A stretch of 64,000 bases of DNA from Iphione sp. A-MEVVRFRX5 (Eukaryota): NCBI GenBank assembly GCA_976226885.1, contig OZ320315.1, positions 97,278,001-97,342,000 of the forward strand, in the 5' to 3' direction. The position numbers were made by a program, and so were the translations under genes. Position 1 is the stretch's first letter. The number at the start of each line of letters is the position of its first letter. The notes beneath the pieces were generated by a model, which was not told the DNA's origin, searched no databases, and saw only the letters and a program-made list of their open reading frames with translations. Positions 1 through 10,667 of the stretch are shown here, one piece after another.

Positions 1-77
1 ATATATAACCACAAAATTCCCTCTTTTTAAAGGGACATTTTATCCAAAACTAAATTTACATTATGTACCCAAACTTT

Positions 78-760
78 CTAGATATCATCTATTGTGACTG
101 ACTCCTTTATTTCCCAATCACAGTTATTTAGAGCTTCTTTCAAGGTCAGAAAATTATATTGACGGTCATCCCTCACCCATTGCTCGGAGATAGTGTTTCC
201 GTTTAATTTTCTTAAAGTCAACATAAGTAAGGTATAGTGATCACTGTTACCTTGTACCAATACTCCTGATCTACAAAATCTGTGGTCGATGTGTAGAAGT
301 GATCCAGACAACCTAAACCAGCATGGGTACTATCACATATAATTTGTTTTAAACCTAAATCACAAGCCATCTCAACATAACATTTTATGATTCTTGTTAA
401 GGAATTTAACTGACTTCATCAAAAACGATAACATTGCTCACGAATTTCCAGTGGGTGGTCTATAGATTACAAAAATCAAATGAAACTTACGATTCCCCAT
501 TTTTACCTTAACACAAAGGATCTCCCCATCTGGATCCATCATGCACCCTTCTGGTAGTATTCGAGTCCACTTATAAAGCCACTCCACCCGCTCTCCTCTT
601 GCCTACTCTCTCTCTTACCCGAGCATATCTAAAACAGGTATATCCATTTATCGATATCATATTGTCAAGGAAAACAGGTGTTAGCCAGGTTTCAGAGAGC
701 AAAAATATCAATCATATTTAATTTCAGTAGATACTCAATTTCTGACATTTTCCCCAACAT
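78..760 (-). pseudogene. Degenerate APE (exonuclease-endonuclease-phosphatase) domain of LINE ORF2, copy J; the element continues beyond the left edge
   Basis: The minus strand near 700-560 reads FLLSETWLTPVFLDNMISINGYTCFR. ORF 78..311 has the APE C-terminal signature HIDH...SGV...GNSDH. The region is frameshifted. Confidence 0.8.
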
Positions 761-979
761 ACTTCTGCAGTTCCAAGCTGCTATGCGTAAGTGAGTCATT
801 TTAAAGCGGCCACTTCGAATATGATACGAGTTAAAAAAAGAAGTAGAAGAAGTATATAGATAGAGGATTATGGTCGATAGGCTAATAAATGGTGGTAGGT
901 GTCATCATAATTTAATTAAATCAATTTGTAACATTAGCTATGCTCCTAGGCAGCAATTCTGGTACTGTCGTCGTGGCTA

Positions 980-1592
980 GATCTTAGAGAAATTAACGCA
1001 AACTGAACATGAGTGCAATGGCATTACATATACTGTACCCCCAGTCCTGCACAGCCAAGTCACCGGGGTGACAGCCATCATAGAGTAGAGCGAATTTTGA
1101 ACGGTAGCGTGTCTTATCCCATCTGTGTATCGGTAGGGCTGTAGCTGGAGTAAATACATCATTGTTAGCATTTAATTGTCGAAACACATCATAAAAACAA
1201 TATTATTCAAAACAGATTGAAAAGTCCTTGTCGCAGTTAGTGGGCTGTAGACAGCAAGATCTATACTAACAATTGGTAGATATCCTACACGGGCACCTAT
1301 ACCCCACCTCCTGAATCTTGCACACAACTCTTGATCAAATGCAGTTACCCATAGTGCCCAAGTCTTTGTCATCCTGAAGTAGTGATAGTTTCTTACTATG
1401 CCTATCACAATGGCATAGGTTGTTAATACTTAACATTATTAAAATAAGGTTATACTTGCGACAATCATTCTCAGCAGCCCAGTCAAACACGTAGTCCAGT
1501 CTGGCACCAGGACGATGCATAAACCATTGAGTGTCTATATAGTTCAACAGGTGCCTACCGCGAGAGTCACACAATATCAGAACTGAATACAA
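980..1592 (-). pseudogene. SGNH/GDSL hydrolase ORF of LINE copy J (frameshifted)
   Basis: Block I-like VLILCDSRG, then HRPGARL and LILIMLSINN (1335..1592). C-terminal YDGCHP lies in ORF 993..1187. Confidence 0.8.
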
Positions 1593-1881
1593 TTATGCCA
1601 GATAACAACAACGTGGTTTACAAAATTGAAAATTAAGAGGTTAGTGTAGAGAAATTTAGAAAAAGGCACAATATCAGAGAGATACAACACAGTACTTTCA
1701 GTGATATGGCTGTGAGTAATGGGCAGCCAGGCAGGCAATTGTCCAGTATAAGTTGTTGACTTGTAGTTGCCTGATGTATCCGACTTCCACACACGTGCCA
1801 GTTCAGTCAGTCAGAGTGACCAGGTCAAGGTTGACAGTCTAGAAAAGACCTAATTATAATTAGCACTATCATTGAACCTTG

Positions 1882-2058
1882 GGCAGACACTTGCCACCAT
1901 AGGTCAAGGTATGTAACAACAAATCATAATATCTAAGCCCGATGGGGTAGACACTTACCATAAGCGAGCACTACAGTGTTATCCTATCAGTAATGGTAGA
2001 CACTTACCATGTATCGATATGATATGAGACAGTAATTTACTGCGGGTAGACAATTACC
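1882..2058. repeat. Four copies of a 14-bp quasi-palindromic motif GGTAGACACTTACC with unrelated spacers
   Basis: Copies at 1882-1895 (GGCAGACACTTGCC), 1946-1959, 1995-2008 and 2045-2058 (GGTAGACAATTACC). Start-to-start spacing is 64, 49 and 50 bp. Confidence 0.85.
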
Positions 2059-2166
2059 GCGTTCAGCAGACAAGTAGTCCTGTCACGGATACCACACATT
2101 CATTTCCTCCTTTCGCATAGGCGACATTTGACACCAGTATCTGAAAGTCATAGAAAAGCAAACAAA

Positions 2167-2469
2167 TTATTCCAGGTTTTGCCTAATCTCCTCGAACAGT
2201 ACCCCATATTCATTCTCGATTGGATAGACAGTTTCATCAAAGTCCTTTTCCCAAAGCATTTTACCTGAACCAAGCCACAAGTCCTTCAATGCGAGAATAG
2301 GCCTCTTTGTTCCAGTCACTTTTAACTGCCCTCGTGCAGTATCGTGTTGCTGAAATTTGCAGAGAAGGCTGGTTTTTAGGGTCATGCGTTTCACTCGAGT
2401 CCAATCCTCATTTACCCATACACCCTGGCCTTTTCTGCCTGAAAGTGGTGCTCTGTGGACTCGTAACAT
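2167..2469 (-). pseudogene. Internally deleted LINE ORF1 remnant (L1-type C-terminal region joined to the NADAR C-terminus), copy J
   Basis: GVWVNED matches the ORF1 copy at 9308..9787. KDLWLGSG...ENEYGVLFEEIRQNL matches the NADAR tail pattern D..WG.G...G.N..G.LL..VR..L seen at 49246..49971. Confidence 0.65.
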
Positions 2470-2892
2470 TCCCCTCTCATAATGAACGGAGTCGACGAGA
2501 AACTTGAGAGTAGGGTATGCTCTTCTCGTAACACAATACTCGAGGGTGTTTAGTGCTGTTTTTCTTCTGTAACTTTGGGAGAGCCTTCTTCTGAGCCTTT
2601 GGGAGAGCAGGCTATTTCAGGCCTCTACACACGAAAGCCTCACCAGTATAGGACGTGGACATTTTTTTTTAAATTCCAATATTTCCCCTGGCAATCCATG
2701 TGGTACCAGGATTTGACTACATAGTTATTTCATTCATCTAATTCTATGTACATCGATTATTTACAATATTTACAATATTTACACACAATATACACGATAT
2801 ATACAGAAAAACATAATGCACACGACCATCATGTTATTGAGTTTGAGGTTTAGCAACCATTTGTGAGTTACATGGTTTAGATGCTTACTCTC

Positions 2893-3140
2893 TTAATGAA
2901 CCCTCCAGTTCTCTTTCAGTAGTTTGTTTACGATTAGTTTCTTTAGTTCTCTCTTGAAATGTTTTTTGTTATTACAGGCATTTAATTTCAGCTTGTTCCA
3001 TTGTTTCACTGCAAAGTATAGTGGGCTGTACGAGTACATGGTACAGTTCAGTCTTTGAGTTGGGATATTTGCCCTCCTTAGTCTGCACTCTCTGTTTGCA
3101 GTTACATGTAATGGCACCAGTATGTCATAATGGATACAGA
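2893..3140 (-). pseudogene. 3' end fragment of a LINE ORF2 (post-RT C-terminal region)
   Basis: RLRRANIPTQRLNCTMYSYSPLYFAVKQWNKL resembles the ...SF.Y...K.WN.L tails of the other ORF2 copies in the window. Confidence 0.65.
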
Positions 3141-3142
3141 GG

Positions 3143-4790
3143 GAATAGAATAGAATAGAATATCTTTTTATTGTCATCAAAGGTCTCCTGTGTGAGCTCT
3201 TCCTAGGTTGACAGTACATAGGTGAGTCTTATCGTTCTATACATTTTGTTTGTTAACGTGTTTTACATACAAAGCTGTTTTGGCATTACTATGACGTTTA
3301 GTGATTCGTAACAAGTTTATTAGTCCATACGACTAGTGAGTTCTTCCTGTAGGTTACTATGTCTATCTAGGAGGAACCCGAGATATTTATATGAGTTCAC
3401 TTGTTGAAGTTTGTTCCCATTGATCCCAATCTTCAGATTGTAGTGCTTGTGTTTACTTCTGATTGAGGAGAACAGTATGGTCTCAGTTTTTTGATAGTTA
3501 ATTTTTATGCCATTTACATTGCACCATTTGTCTAGTCTTGCAATTTCTTTATTGAGTGTGTCTGTTATCCTCTTAGGGTTTGTGTCCGAAAATAGTATGA
3601 CAGTGTCATTGGCATACATTATATACTTACTATCATAAAAGCAGGCAATACTGTCATTTATCAACAGGGAGAATAACATAGGCCCAAGGATACTCCCCTG
3701 GGGGACACCCAAAGGCAACATTGCTTCATCAGAGATATATTTTGATAGCCGTGTTTTTATGAGCCTGTCTGTCAGGTAGTTAGTGAACCATTCCAGGCTA
3801 TCACCAAAACCCATACACTTCATTTTCTTTAGTAGTATAGAGTGTTGTATAGAGTCGAATGCTTTGGCGTAGTCTACAAAAATGGCACCAGTTATCTTGC
3901 CATTATTCATACCTTCAGTTACGTAGTTTATTACTTTGTTTATGGCATGCATTGTTGATTTCCCACGCCTAAAACCAAACTGCTGAGGTGATAGTATTAT
4001 TGTTCTCATCTATGAACCGTTCTGCTTGTGTATGTACAATTTTCTCTAGTATTTTTGTCGGTAGAGGGAGGAAACTAATGGGTCGGTAGGAGTTTGGGTG
4101 CATCTTAGTGCCTTTTCCTTTATATAATGGTGTTATACGGGCCTATTTCCAGCTGCGTGGAATTATCCCTGTCTCTAATGAACAGTTAAGTAGCATTGTC
4201 AGTGGCTTGATTAAGGCAAGTAGACATGTTATGATAATTCGAGCTGGGTAGTGAGATATGCCACTAGGTTTATCTATGGACATGCCTTGGATGATTTTTT
4301 TAATTTCTGGTTCATTACTATTGTTGAGCACAAAGTTTTTTTTGACAGGGATTGATATTATCTGTTATTAGTTGGCTCTCGATATCAAAAGACGAAGCAA
4401 CTACCGTTGCCAAGTGGTTATTGAACGTATCTGCACTTTCCTCCCATGTCATCATCCTTCTACCTTGGGCAAGTTGAATTTCATTACCGCCTCCCTTATT
4501 TTTGAATAGCCCCGTTATGATTTTCCAATATTTCTTGGGGTTACCCTTATATAGTTCTACCTGTCTCGTTATGTAGTTTGCCTTATCCATTGCCAGTGCC
4601 TCGTTCACCTGTCGTTTCATTTCAATAGCGGATTGATATAGTGTTTTACTGCCTAATTGTATTGCTCTTTTGAAAAGTTTGTTTTTATTGTTGATCAAGA
4701 CTCGGGTTTCTTTGCGTACCCAGATATTTGATTCAGTGAAGTTGGCACTCGCTTTTTCCTGGGCAATCTCATCAACATTGTCTTTCATTA
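3143..4790 (-). mobile_element. 5'-truncated LINE copy I: linker + RT, with AATAAA + (TATTC)n tail
   Basis: ORF 3320..4009 has QFGFR, GAIFVDYAKAFDSIQH, GVPQGSILGPMLF and YAND(=YADD), followed by YKYLG. Linker ORFs are 4143..4331 and 4318..4788. AATAAA is at 3172-3167 on the minus strand, followed by (TATTC)4 at 3162-3143. Confidence 0.9.
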
Positions 4791-5231
4791 ATCACACACA
4801 CCAAGGCGCTTGGGCTTAAAAAAATTTAATTGTTCTGTCATGGTATAAAGAAATCCCACATGGATAATAATTGACAACTTATGATTATATTAATACATAA
4901 AATGACGGAATAAATATATGTGTATGTTAATTGCTTGCCTCCTGTAGCTTTGATGTAATGTAGGGTGGGTGGGAGGTTCATGCGTACAGTGCAGCAGTCA
5001 GCTGCAGACTGACCGGTCACTGGACTGGACACGCCTAGGTTGACTAATGAACCCACAGAGGGCACCACTGCCCCCTGCGAACCCATTAATCACACACACC
5101 AAGGCGCTTGGGCTTAAAAAATTGTATTTGTTCTGTCATGGTATAAAGAAATCCCACATGGATAATAATTGACAACTTATGATTACATTAATACATAAAA
5201 TGACGGAATAAATATATTTGTATGTTAATTG
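4786..5231. repeat. 148-bp direct repeats (4786-4933 and 5084-5231) flanking a unique 150-bp segment; B-A-B 3' end of a Ngaro-like element
   Basis: Two near-identical copies start CATTAATCACACACACCAAGGCGCTTGGGC and end TATGTTAATTG. They begin immediately after the YR stop near 5240. Confidence 0.85.
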
Positions 5232-7960
5232 TGCCAAGACTAGCTGATATACGTGTTGATTGCATCTGACTGTCAGTCCCCCCTGTGTTTGACCTGTTCC
5301 CGTGTTAAACCTGACGCCATAGCATGTCGTGCGCCCCCATGTCTGAGGCCATGTAAGGTCATCCTCTCATCCAAGTCAAGAACCGACAAAGCCTGCTTCC
5401 AGAGTACGCCTGATAGGTGTGTTGCTGATAATACACAGTTGGCGCTTCTTTGAGCATTTGCCCGTACATTTTCTGCATAGAGAAAGGGGCTGCATCGTCC
5501 TCAACCTGGATGACAAGGGGTTTAGCCATAGCTTGTCAAGACTTAGTCCAACGAACAGAGACCAAGCAATATGCCCCATCAGAAGTAAAATCACCTTGGC
5601 ATAATTGCCTCACTGGGTCGAAAAGAGCCCCATTTTTTGGGAGCATGTTGGACTGACGCAACAGGAATTTAAACATGAGAAATATCACAAATGCGATTGA
5701 GTGTGAACCTTGTGGAAGATCATAAAAGAAATGCCTCGCAGCAGCCATACAATTGAAGCAGTCCAATTGAGATATATGATAACCACGAAAATTTGTAGGC
5801 CACTGAAATCGATAGTAGAAGGCATTGTCTGCAGCGCCTGCACCATCAAGACAGGCGTCCACCACGATACATTTTACAGGGGGTGGTGGTCGAAAATATG
5901 ACCTTCCATTGTATACCTGCATGAAATGAATTAACCATTGAATGTCTTTCTGGAGCTGAGGTGAAATCTCAACGCTTTTGTTACTCAATTGAGACAATTG
6001 CTAAAGAAGTGTGGACATAAAATTTCTCAAGACAGGTACAATCTTGGCAACGTGATTAAGAATGCCAGCTAAGCTCTGTGCTTGGGTGATAGTTACCGAG
6101 TCCTTACCAGGAACATAATGCAGTTGATTATGATAGCGTTGAATCTTCTCTCTTGGAATAGATAAGACACCCTAATTCATGTCAACATTCACCCCCAGCC
6201 AGCAAATGAATTTTGATGGCGGCTGGATTTTATTAACCGCAATAGTCAGACCTAACTGGGTAATGACACTTTCAACCAGCTCGAAATGCTTACACGCCTG
6301 ATCATAATTTTGTGAGATCACAACGAGGTCGTCTAAATACATTTAATGCTTTAACACCTTGATTTTTGAAAAACTGTAGTATAAATTCTGCGACCTTCTG
6401 CATGACAAAAGAGCTGGCCCTTGCCCCAAATGGCAGCACGGTGTCGTAATAGTACCTGTGATCCTAACAAAACCCAAGAAGGGGCCAGTCATTGCCTGTA
6501 TGCCCTCTTGAGGTCAATGACAAACAGGTATGGGGCGTCATACTGAAGGATCTCGGTTACCAGATCTGAAATGGTTGGCAGAACGTTTGACATTTGTACG
6601 GCATAACAGAATTTTTTTGTATACATGAATTGATATCTGATTTTTCAAATGACAAATCAACGATAATGCGACGACCGCCAGTTGACTTCGCCCGAGACAT
6701 CAAAGGAGAAACATTAAACCACGGACTAAATGGCCCAGAACAGTGCTCGGATTTCTGTGGATATATATTCGTGAACACTTTCTGGAAACAGATTAGCAGA
6801 TGGGTGGTTAGGACAATCATAATTTGAGCTTAGTGAGCTGGCATATTGCAACGAGAACCCGTATTCGAGGCCATCCAACACGATGGTATCATCGGTGTGG
6901 CCTGTGGCGATCATCCTCCACTGGTCCCTGTTGAGAATGGATTGAGCTGTAATACGGGCTCCCACAGCGTTGGGAGCTCCAAACGATCTTCTGACAATGG
7001 GAGCCATCGTCAGACGTCATTGCTGGCCAATATCGAGCCCTGAGAGGGTGTAGGCCAGCAGTGAACCAGGGCGTAGGACTTGGCTGCGGATCTAAGTCTG
7101 AAAGCAGAGTAATTGTGTAATTGATTAGTGAGACAATCAACTGGGGTATAATCAGGTGTCGAGGACATCTGTAGCAGGGAGGACTGCGTATGTGGTGGAT
7201 CCGTGAGACAGATCAACTGTGATGGGTTGTCTAGTAGTTTTTGTCGTGGCTGTGGACGCGTCATGTTGTGCCAACGGGTCTGACTTCTTCCAGGCTGACT
7301 CCCATTGCCCACGAGAGTCTTGGCGCTGCACTGGCTCTTGCTTGGTGACCATACGTGACTTCCGGGCGCAGGCTGCCACAGTGTGCTTGCACTCCTGGTT
7401 CCCGACACCATACCAGCACACGGCGCAGAGGTGGACTAACAGCATGCCGTCCATGCTGTGGCTGTCATCATTGGGGCATGCAGCGACATTGTACATTGGG
7501 CAAGGATGTCGCCTGTTTTCATCTGCAATATTGCCTCTTACCACCGACATCCTTGTACACATAGCTTGGATGTCAGCGGCATGGGCCCAAGTGATGTTAC
7601 CGTGGTTTATTTCATCAATTAATGTAAGTGACCACATGCGAACAGCTTCCCATTTACAGGACACCGCATCCTCTGCGAGATTAGCAATATGGTCAATAAT
7701 ATGGGAGGAGTTCTTAGGGTCAGCCTTTGCGGACATGCACAACCCAATAATGTGCTCAAACGGTTCTAGGTCATCTGCATTTTGTCTCTTCTTAACATTT
7801 GGAATAAGCCACCTCGGCAGTGCCATATAAGGCTTAGCAAAGCGGACAAATTTGTCGTGTACAGGGTCGTAAATGTGCTTACCCTTCACGTCTGTCGCTT
7901 TAGCTTTAGCCACATCATCTCTGCTGTTAGTGTGCATTGATTCAATTCAGCGTGAACCAC
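4786..7960 (-). mobile_element. Ngaro/DIRS-group tyrosine-recombinase retrotransposon, copy 1 (degenerate gag, RT, RNase H, YR)
   Basis: gag 7152..7937. RT N-terminal PLMSRAKSTGGRRIIVDLSF (6557..6820) and YLDDLVV near 6330. RNase H VVDACLDGAG...HISQLDCFN (5536..5997). YR tail TLHGLRHGGA...RGD*QSDAINTY near 5350-5245. Confidence 0.9.
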
Positions 7961-8191
7961 ATTGTCGCAGAGCACGCCAAATTTCACATATATGATTATT
8001 CCTCCACCCTTTCTGTAATTTCTATCTTGCCGGTATATGGTATAGTTGGGCATAAGTACACTGTTGTCAAGTATTTCATCATCTAGCCATGTTTCAGATA
8101 TCAAAATATGTGGTCGTTCGTTTGCTATTAGAGTTGCTATTTCCAATGTCTTTGAACGTAAACTTCGAATATTAATGTGGATCACTTTCAA
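7886..8191 (-). pseudogene. N-terminal APE fragment of LINE copy G, truncated by Ngaro copy 1
   Basis: IHINIRSLRSK...ILISETWL...YRQDR..RKGGGIIIYV. Confidence 0.9.
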
Positions 8192-8589
8192 GGGTTCATT
8201 ATCACTAATAGAATTCTTGCTTATATACTGGAATACTAATTCTTAATCTTAATAGAAATCGAGTAATGATTAATAATGATCGAAAAAGGATATGTTATTG
8301 TCTGGCTGGGGGAGACAAAACATACCTCTTATCAATAGACATAGATATATCAGGTCTTTCACGAGACCTGTGAATGCCGATCAAAGAAAAAGTATGAAGT
8401 AAAGCAGTGATCAGGTCTCATACGAGGCCAGTGATTGCAATGTACTTCAATTGCATTTTATTTTACTTATTCTGCAAATGTAACACATTTTCTAGTCGGT
8501 AGCACACAATGAGTCCGGTCTCATAGCATTGAGACCCGGGACGAAACAATCATTACCCTCTTAGTGCTATAGTTTCCTAGTGGTACAGT

Positions 8590-9201
8590 TTACCGAGAGA
8601 TTTTGCTGTTCTCTATCATGTCCATACGCCTGTCAGGCCCCAGGTGGCATCCGTCACTCAGCTTTTGCAGCTTGTTCGTTTGGCTGCCATTCGAGTGTCC
8701 GTGTACAATGTTCCCCACATGAAGAGTTAGGAGGCCATGGTGACCGTTGAAACATCTAATATATCCGTTGATTCGATGCACACTCTGCATTCGCAAGGGG
8801 TGCGATTTCTCTGCAATAGACTCACCAAGCAAAGTTTTGTTATGTCTTGCTACATCAGGGCACAATGTTTCTGAGAAAATTATAAAACTGTTCAGAAAGC
8901 GTTTTTTAATCCTAGCATAGCAAGTATCAATCAAAAGTGTAATCCTCATATATGTCAAGTCAGTATCATCGTCAGGCACGGATATCTGTCTACCAAGACT
9001 TCCGTCAGACAGTGTTGCATGGCGGTCCATGTTTGTAATGTCGTTAGTGCCCACCAAAATAACTATATAGAACGGTTGGATGCCACCCTGAGCTATTACT
9101 GGGACATGTATTCCACTATTGGATAGGTCAGCCTGTAGACCCTTTCCATGTGAGTCAGTAAAGAAATACACGTCTGGTGGGCAGTTTTTGTTGAGTGCCA
9201 T
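8590..9201 (-). CDS. SGNH/GDSL hydrolase ORF of LINE copy G (open, 203 aa)
   Basis: FFTDSHG (block I), QGG, ILVGTNDI (block III) and LSDGCHL (D-x-x-H). Confidence 0.8.
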   Translation of the reverse strand: MALNKNCPPDVYFFTDSHGKGLQADLSNSGIHVPVIAQGGIQPFYIVILVGTNDITNMDRHATLSDGSLGRQISVPDDDTDLTYMRITLLIDTCYARIKKRFLNSFIIFSETLCPDVARHNKTLLGESIAEKSHPLRMQSVHRINGYIRCFNGHHGLLTLHVGNIVHGHSNGSQTNKLQKLSDGCHLGPDRRMDMIENSKISR

Positions 9202-10150
9202 CGTCGTCTTGCGATCCCTGTTCCGTGACGGCGGTCTCTGGACTGAGACCCGACCTCACTCTATCCAGTATTTCGCCCGTCCAGTTCTCTCCTTCAAACC
9301 CTGTGTGTCAAGCTGCCTTCTCTAAACTGATGCCTGGGGGGAGTCTATGAAGGGTTTTACTTGTGTAAACACTCCCATTGATTACCACTTTGTTCCCCTC
9401 TAATTTCGTTTCATGCTTTAACTCCTTCGCCAAATTGTGTATGCTTCTCAGCTCAGCTCTGTTCATTTTGTCTGCTGGGGTGAGGTCTTCATTTACCCAT
9501 ACACCTTTGAGGGTCTTAAGATTGGCTCTGCCCTGTAGGATTTTTGAGCGTGAGTTTGCCTTGCATAACCTGACCTTAATGTCTCGATGTTTACCCACAT
9601 GCTTCTGACCTAGGCGGTAACAGGTGTCAATTTCGTCGGTTTTAAATGCTTTGTTAGCTTTTTGAAAGACTCTGCATACTTGCTTACACAGACTGTCATA
9701 GGTCTCCCCCACATCTTCAGTTAGACCTGATATTATCAGGTTCGCTGATCTGCTTTCCCTTTCCAGTGCTTCTAACTGTTCACTCATATCTGTGATGCCT
9801 TTACTGTGTGTTTGTGGGCCACTTTCCCTTTGTTACACCTCTGGATTCAAAGTCAGTCACTTTAGCTTTTAGGGTGGCATTTTCAGACTCCAGTTTGGCA
9901 ATTCTGTCTTTATGGTCACTTAAGTCACTCTAAATTGTACTGATTTTTGCTTTGTTTTCGCTAATGCCTTTTGAGAACGAGTCATGCATTTATTTGGTCT
10001 CTGTTTTGTGTTCATTTAGAGTGTCAAGAACTTTTTGTAACATAGTGTGCAATTCTGTTTTGAACATGTTTTCTCTGGTAGTTTGGGTATTACCTCAACT
10101 TTGGATGGATTGACATTACCAGAGTCGCAAAGGAAACCCTCTTCATTTAA
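9200..10150 (-). pseudogene. LINE ORF1 of copy G: coiled coil + L1-type RRM region; most of NADAR deleted, C-terminal motif retained
   Basis: DRIAKLESENATLKAK near 9900. ORF 9308..9787 has LERESRSANLIISGLTE...CYRLG...VWVNEDLT. GENWTGEILDRVR near 9290-9250 is the NADAR tail. Confidence 0.8.
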
Positions 10151-10201
10151 CCCCACCGTAGACTCTTCATTATGCTTCGCAGTATCAATGTGAGAGTCAT
10201 A

Positions 10202-10640
10202 ACTCGATACTGACTCAATGTCTATAGGGTTAAATGAGAAGATCGTGCTTGGGGAAATAATTTTATTAGACATAAAGCGAATGCGGCAGATAAAATAATA
10301 TAAGAATAGAATAAGACACAATGAATAAAGCTGCCTATCCTAAAATTAATCATAAATACATAAAAGATAAAACCATAGGGTGGGCGGGTGTGTTTTCTAG
10401 TAGGCGTCAAACATCGAGAGAGGCCGAGAGTGTGGTGCGGCGCCCTTTTATAGCATGCAGTCGATGGCGCCCTCTCTCGCAATGTCTAGACATAATATGC
10501 CTTCATCATTACTCGATACGGACTCAATGTCTATAGGGTTAAATGAGAAGATCGTGCTTGGGGAAATAATTTTATTAGACATAAAGCGAATGCAGCAGAT
10601 AAAATAATATAAGAATAGAATAAGATACAATGAATAAAGC
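10202..10640. repeat. 130-bp direct repeats (10202-10331 and 10511-10640) flanking a TATA-containing segment; B-A-B 3' end of Ngaro copy 2
   Basis: Both copies run ACTCGATAC...ATGAATAAAGC. Each has a minus-strand AATAAA (10267-10262; 10576-10571). The intervening segment has minus-strand TATAAAAG at 10452-10445. The block starts 28 bp after the YR stop at 10668. Confidence 0.9.
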
Positions 10641-10667
10641 CGCCAAACCCCAAGCACGAGGTAAAAT

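Noticed and set aside
1882-2058. CRISPR array
   Set aside because: The repeats are only 14 bp with four copies, there are no cas genes, and the context is a eukaryotic LINE spacer. It is kept only as a motif array.
7219-7830. Long plus-strand ORFs (also 12132..12698, 13459..13854, 28099..28500, 50513..51043)
   Set aside because: They are antisense shadows of minus-strand TE ORFs with no recognisable motifs.
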